Below are positions 57,315 to 64,000 of a stretch of DNA of 64,000 bases, one piece after another. Under the pieces are notes generated by a model that ran no database searches, had not been told where the DNA came from, and was given only the letters and a program-made list of their open reading frames with translations. Position numbers and translations under genes: made by a program. The stretch is from NCBI GenBank assembly GCA_964016885.1, contig OZ024740.1, positions 27,156,001 to 27,220,000 on the forward strand, written 5' to 3'. Source of the stretch: Eledone cirrhosa. Taxonomy: Eukaryota. Numbering within the stretch: position 1 is the first letter of the stretch; each line of letters opens with the position of its first letter.

Positions 57315-59166
57315 TTAGGTCACTGTTGTTTGTTTGGGTGTTGTTGTTATTCCATTTTTTCTGTTTAGCCTTGGCCTTCTAAGTTCTATTTCACTGGCCT
57401 CTCTGATTTGCCTATCTTCTGTGTCATTTCTATGTTTAGATATTATTCTAATTTCTATGTTGTCTATGTTACCGTCGTGTTGTCTGGCATGTTTATATAG
57501 TACTGAACCGTTTTTTCGTCCTTTTAGTTCCCGCCAGTGTTGATCTATCCTTTCACCTATGCTACGAGCTGTCTCACCTATGTATGTTGTTGTCATGTTT
57601 CTGCAAGTACCCTCTGTACATCTTATGCTATAGACTACGTTTCTAGTTTTACAGTTTATCCGGGGGTTTACTTTACATATGATACATTTCTTATTAGTAC
57701 AGTGGGTTTTCTTAAAAGGGTAGGTTTTGCTGATCAGGGATTTTATGGTGGTTCCTGGCTTTTCTACCACCTTAATCTTTAAGTGGGTCTTTCTCAGGGC
57801 CTTTCTACACTGGTTAGCTAATTTCCCTCCAGGGGTAGTGTCCACAAACATGACACTCTGGTATCTCTGGTTGTCGTACCATGAGGTGGCTTTCCCTATC
57901 TTATGTCTAGCCCTATCTAAGCTATTCCATGATTTGCTCCTGTATAATGGGCAAATTCCTTTCATGTCCAGTTCTATGAGGGTTTATACTTCTCCGTGGC
58001 TCCTTCGTAAACTCTGATTCTGTCTCTTTCGTTGTAGCCAGAGAACTGCATGCGGTTGATGAAGTGTTGGATGTGTCTTTCCATTTCTGTTGGGTCGCAC
58101 ATGCGGGACACGTTCTTCATCACTCGTACCATGTATGCGATCAGAATATTAAACTTAGCACTACTGGACATTGCTGAGTTTTTGAGTATCAGGCATTTGG
58201 AGGCCATTGGTTTCGCATAGTGTGAGTGGAGAATTTGGGCTCTCTCATCTATAGTGTTAATCTAGAGGTCCGTGTCTAATACAGGCAGTCTATTGTTAGG
58301 GTGTTTGGAAGTGTAGTCGATAGTTACAGTTATACTCTGGTGTATGGAATTAGCTATCTGCTGGATGCTTTCCATTGTGCTACATTCTAAATCAAACTTG
58401 TTAGTGATCTCTTGTGGGAATGTTCTTATTCCTATATTGATAACGTCTACGTAACGAGAGTACATGATGAGGTCTATGGAGCTCTCATCAAGGAGATCTT
58501 TAAGTCTCCTTTCCCACCATACCATAAAAAGTTTGGCAACGTCACCAGCTATGCTGACGCCAATGGCTGCTCCCTCATTTTGGGTGTAGATCTTCTCGTT
58601 GAACTTGAATATGTGGCCCTTTAGGGTAGTTTTGATACTAGCCCCTATTGCATGTGCGACCATTTTTCTTACCTGATCATTGTTTTGGGGGGTCCGTATA
58701 GCTTTTGTCCACCCAATCCACCTTCCCATGGGAGTCTCTTTAGCCATTGACGTTATGGTGGGGGGTCTACCTCTTATGGGTCTACTGGGGCAGAAACGTT
58801 TAAGGTGATGGCTATCTAGGTCGTCAGTGTCGTAGATAAGTCTAAGTAGGAAGCCCAGTTCGTCTGTGTCGACGTCGGAGAACTCCACCTCGTTCTCAAT
58901 GATCATCTCCACACATTTTTACACAGCAAAATCAATGTTAATGGATGGGTACAGTAATACCACATCCATGCTGCCTATTATGCAGTTGGATAGGTTCCTG
59001 TTTTTGTTGCACTCACTGATTCTGCTGAGGAGGTCCTCTGTACTGTAACATACATCTGGGGACATCTTGATTATGGGGCGTAAAAACATTGAGAGGAGAT
59101 AGGATATCCTGTAGTTGCTAGCTATATCTGCTCCGCATACGGGTCTTGTTGGGGGTCCTGTTGTCG

Positions 59167-59168
<2 letters not shown>
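57315..59168 (-). pseudogene. Second PLE-A copy: RT C-terminal half, Cys linker and GIY-YIG endonuclease (interrupted)
   Basis: QNEGAAIGVSIAGDVAKLFMVWW, YSRYVDV, CTNKKCIIC...NC, VVYSIRC...C...YIGETARSIGERIDQH...RQIREASEI..RPRLNRK. Confidence 0.9.
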
Positions 59169-59231
<63 letters not shown>

Positions 59232-59386
59232 ATGCTTTGGGAGGGTCATGTTGACAATAGGAAACACACGCACCAGTTGCTTTCACTTCAATTTATTATA
59301 AAGTAAATTTAAATTTATCAATTTAAGAATTTATAAATTTCCGGTTGGTTGGTTGGTTCCACACACCAGACGATTGTTCATATATT

Positions 59387-59429
59387 GTCAAAGTTCTTTC
59401 GTCACACATGCTGTGACCTCTTCAGTGAC
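59387..59429 (-). ncRNA. Minimal hammerhead motif, PLE-B inverted pLTR
   Basis: gtca-CTGAAGA-g-gtcaca-gcatg-tgtgac-GAAA-gaac-TT-tgac. Confidence 0.8.
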
Positions 59430-59995
59430 TGTGGATTATTTTCTTTGTTTGTGTGCCTCTCCTTTGTTCTGTCCTACGCCATCTTGTTTTTGTGTGTGTT
59501 GTGTAGTTAGTTTGCGCATGTCTTACATCCGGGTGTCTGTGTGTGTTTATATTTGTTTATTTATTTGTTTATTTACATGTTACTGGTTGGTTGTTTGTTC
59601 TATGTGTGTGTGTGTTTTCATTTTCATTTTGTCCTTAATTGTAAGTTGTGATGTTGCTGTTCCATTCACGTTTTCTATTTAATTTTGGTTGGAGTTCATT
59701 TATGTTTATTGCCTCTGTGATATGTCTAAACATTGCGTCTTTTCTGTGTGTAGATTCTATTTTTATTTCTATGTTCTCTAATTTACCCTTATGTTCTATT
59801 TTAGCATGTTGGTGGAGTACAGATGTTTCTTTACTAACTTGAAGCTCTCGCCAGTGTCCATTTATCCGTTCCCCTATACTACGAGCTGTCTCACCTATGT
59901 ACATTATATTCTTGTCTCTACATTGTCCTTCAGTACATCTTATGGCGTAGGACAGAACAAAGGAGAGGCACAAAAACAAAGAAAATAATCCCCAA

Positions 59996-60036
59996 TCACT
60001 GAAGAGGTCACAGAATATGTGACGAAATAACTTTGA
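59996..60036 (+). ncRNA. Minimal hammerhead motif, PLE-B pLTR (slightly decayed)
   Basis: tca-CTGAAGA-g-gtcaca-gaata-tgtgac-GAAA-taac-TT-tga. Confidence 0.65.
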
Positions 60037-60253
60037 CAATATATGAACAATCGTCAGGTTGTGGAACCAACCAACCAACCGAAAATATGTAAATTCCTAA
60101 ATTTATGAATTTAAATTTAAATTATAAAAAAATGAAGTGAAAGCAACTGGTGCGTGTGTTTCTTATTGGCAACATGACCCTCCCAAAGTATAACAATATC
60201 GGTTCCAACACACGTTTTCAGATAAAGTATCTTGCTAAACAAATTCAGAAACG

Positions 60254-60429
<176 letters not shown>

Positions 60430-60553
60430 TTCTGAAGATTGAAACACTTCTAATCCTGTATAATCTCATCTATGTTAAAACTGTTATACTCTCCTATGTA
60501 TCGAGTACCTTACTTACTGTGGTTACCTCCGATTCAACCCGGAAAAACTTATC

Positions 60554-60584
<31 letters not shown>

Positions 60585-60623
60585 GTACACATATATATAT
60601 ATATATATTATATATATATAAAT

Positions 60624-60674
<51 letters not shown>

Positions 60675-60677
60675 AAA

Positions 60678-60790
<113 letters not shown>

Positions 60791-60791
60791 G

Positions 60792-60899
<108 letters not shown>

Positions 60900-60941
60900 A
60901 TATATATAACTTACCTATAGTAATAATTATCTATATACATA

Positions 60942-62432
60942 TAACCTTAGCAACCTGTGCCCTACAAGACCAGCAAGAGGCAGACCACCTACCATTACCT
61001 CAATGGCCAAGAAAACCCAAACAGATAGATGGAACGGGTGGACCAGAGCCATACGGACCCTCGAAAACCACGATGAACTATAGAAGATGATTGCACATGT
61101 GGTGGGGGCCAGTATAAAATTAACCCTTAAGGAACATATGTTCAAATTTAATGGAAAAACATTTGCCCAAGAGGAGGGAGCAGCCATTGGTGTTAGCATT
61201 GCAGGTGACATAGCTAACCTATTCATGGTATGGTGGGACAATAGCCTTAAACTTAAACTTAAAGAACAATTAGAAGACCCCTTAACCCTGATAATGTACT
61301 CCCGCTACGTTGATGATATAAACATCGTAGTAAAAACACCCCACTAGAGAACAGTCAGGAATTAGAGAAAAAAAACATGGAAAGCATCCAGCAAATAGCT
61401 AACTCCATCCACCAGATTATTAGAGTTACTATATACTACCCAAGCAAACACCCCAACCATCGATTACCTGCACTAGACACAGAGCTCTGGTTAGATACCA
61501 TTAATAACAAAAAACAAATCCTCCATTCCCATTATGCCAAACCCATGATTTCCAAATATCTGATCCACCGAAATTCAGCTGTTTCGGACTATACCAAAAT
61601 CAACATACTGATTGCGGATTTGGTACGGGTGATGAGAAACGTGTCCCGCATGTGCAACCCCAAATTACTAGAGAGACACATACAACACTTCATCCACCGT
61701 ATGCAGTTCTCTGGTTACAATCAGGGAGATAAAATCAGAGTATATAGAGGAGCCAGAACCAAATGGGAAAAAATGGTAAATAATGACACAAATGGGACCT
61801 GCCACTTGTATAGGAGCAAATTTTAGAATAGAATAGAAAGAACTAGGAATAAGGTTAATAGAATAAACTCATGGTATGATAGAAATAAATACCAGAGTGT
61901 AATGTTCATCGATACAACCCCTAGAGATGAATTAGCTTACAAATTTAGAAGGGTCCTAGATAAACATTGACTAAATATTAAGATAGAAAGACCAGGTACC
62001 TCCATAAAAACACTTATTAGCAATACATACCCTTTTCAAAGACCTCCCTGTATAGATAAGAAATGTATAACCTGTAAATTAAGCCCCCATATTAACTGTA
62101 AAACTAGAAATGTAGTATATAGCATAAGATGTACTGAAGGACAATGTAGAGATAAGAATATAGTGTACATAGGTGAGACAGCTCGTAGTATAGGGAAACT
62201 GATAAATGAATACTGGCGAGACCTTCAAGATAGTAAAGAATCATCTGTACTCTACCAACATACTAAAATAGAACATAAGATTAAATTAGAGAACATAGAA
62301 ATACAAATAGAATCTACACACAGAAAAGATGCAATGTTTAGACAAATCACAGAGGCAACAAACATAAATGAGCTCCAACCAAATTTAAATAGAAAACATG
62401 AATGGAACAGCAACATCACAACTTACAATTAA
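60942..62432 (+). pseudogene. PLE-B RT C-terminal half + Cys linker + GIY-YIG, with stops and a frameshift
   Basis: ORFs 61087-61347, 61377-61826 and 62163-62432, colinear with the PLE-A protein. Confidence 0.88.
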
Positions 62433-62720
62433 GGACAAAATGAAAACACACACGCACATAGAACAAACAACCAACCAGTAACATGTAAATAAACAAATAA
62501 GAACTTTGACAATATATAAACAATCATCTGGTTGTGGAACCAACCAACCAACCGGAAATTTATAAATTCCTAAATTTATAAATTTATTATAATAAATTGA
62601 AGTGAAAGCGCATGGTGCGTGTGTTTCTTATTGGCAACATGACCCTCCCAAAGTATAACAATATCGGTTTCAACACACGTTTTCAGATAAAGAATCTTGC
62701 TAAACAAATTCAGAAACGAA

Positions 62721-62759
<39 letters not shown>

Positions 62760-62809
62760 TATAGATATATATAAATGGAAAACATGAAATGTCATTTCTC
62801 ACTTGCATA

Positions 62810-62921
<112 letters not shown>

Positions 62922-62949
62922 TGTGTGCGTGCGTGTGTGTGTGTGTGTG

Positions 62950-62981
<32 letters not shown>

Positions 62982-62986
62982 CGTGC

Positions 62987-63032
<46 letters not shown>

Positions 63033-63113
63033 GTATATAGATATATATAAATGGAAAAAATGAAATTTCATTTCCCACTCTTAGTACGACTGATATTACA
63101 ATCAAACTATTGC

Positions 63114-63229
<116 letters not shown>

Positions 63230-63231
63230 TG

Positions 63232-63299
63232 CCTTGTCTGACGAACGAATGAGAACGTTTCTTGTATTCGTCTTATTCGGGAAACCTCTGGTAATGAGG
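63232..63299 (+). ncRNA. Type I hammerhead ribozyme motif (family F12)
   Basis: ccttgt-CTGACGA-a-cgaatgaga..tcttattcg-g-GAAA-cc-tct-gg-TA-atgagg. All three stems pair, GUA site. Sits between (GA)n and (TA)n. Confidence 0.8.
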
Positions 63300-63325
63300 T
63301 AATTATATTGTATTGCTTATTATAC

Positions 63326-63379
<54 letters not shown>

Positions 63380-63569
63380 AAAGTTGGACGGGAACAAAAA
63401 GAGAGAGGCAGACAAATAAAGGTTTATTAGGTTCACGCTCTTGAGAGTTAGGTTGGGGGGGGGGGATGCAATAGTTTGATTGTGCGAGTATTTCGATGTG
63501 TGGATTCATATATATATAAACTCTTTCATTCTTTTCCCTTCACCCTCTCCCACTACCTCTCTCTCTCTC

Positions 63570-63613
<44 letters not shown>

Positions 63614-64000
63614 GAAAGAAAGAGAGAGAATGAGTGCGAGGTGTGGGGGAGAAACAAAGAATTCTAGTTAGAAAGCGATATACATAGGTACTTTGTAATA
63701 ATACTGAAATATATTTGATAATGCTATATCAGCGAAATCTATTAATTTCCATGCAAACGATTTTTTCTATTTTAGTATATATTTCATATCTTTCGTCCCT
63801 CATCGTTTCCTATTTATATAGTTTTTCCACTCAGACTCACCGATTTATTCATGCATATGCCATTAACCCCAGCTGTTATCCCACTGTTATCCCATATTGC
63901 CTGCATTTTTTTTATATTGAATCCTCTTCTCGTACAGACCTAACGCATATGTGACACCATGAGTAACATGAATGGAAAGTATGTGGAAGTGATTTCGGAC

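Larger units (their letters stand above)
52874..59168 (-). mobile_element. Penelope-like retroelement family A, partial tandem: near-full-length copy (52874-~57360) preceded by a 5'-truncated copy (56806-59168)
   Basis: Direct terminal repeats 52874-53480 / 56806-57390, each ending with the first ORF codons. RT and GIY-YIG motifs present. Both outer ends lie in (TA)n. Confidence 0.93.

Noticed and set aside
61968-61970. In-frame TGA in the PLE-B ORF as possible selenocysteine
   Set aside because: It is not at a Cys position (KH*LNIK versus KTHLKIK in family A), the copy has other stops, and no SECIS was identified.

Overview
AT-rich, microsatellite-saturated eukaryotic (metazoan) genomic DNA. 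The SINE sequence suggests octopus/cephalopod, which is an inference. No intact host gene is recognisable, and most listed ORFs are artefacts of (TA)n, (CA)n, triplet or satellite repeats. The window holds two large tandem arrays (45-bp unit, ~14346-24335; 30/31-bp unit, ~38248-50884) and decayed Tc1/mariner, RTE and R4-like LINE fragments plus SINEs. Two related families of Penelope-like retroelements (PLE; RT + Cys linker + GIY-YIG) lie at 52874-62720, with 3' fragments at 25388 and 33719. The main hidden signal is at least 18 type I hammerhead ribozyme (HHR) motifs from about 11 unrelated sequence families, found by eye. Six lie in the terminal repeats of the PLEs. The other twelve lie in short non-coding elements, many of them fold-back (inverted-repeat) structures embedded in (TA)n tracts. 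One family carries a compensated U3-A8 core instead of C3-G8.
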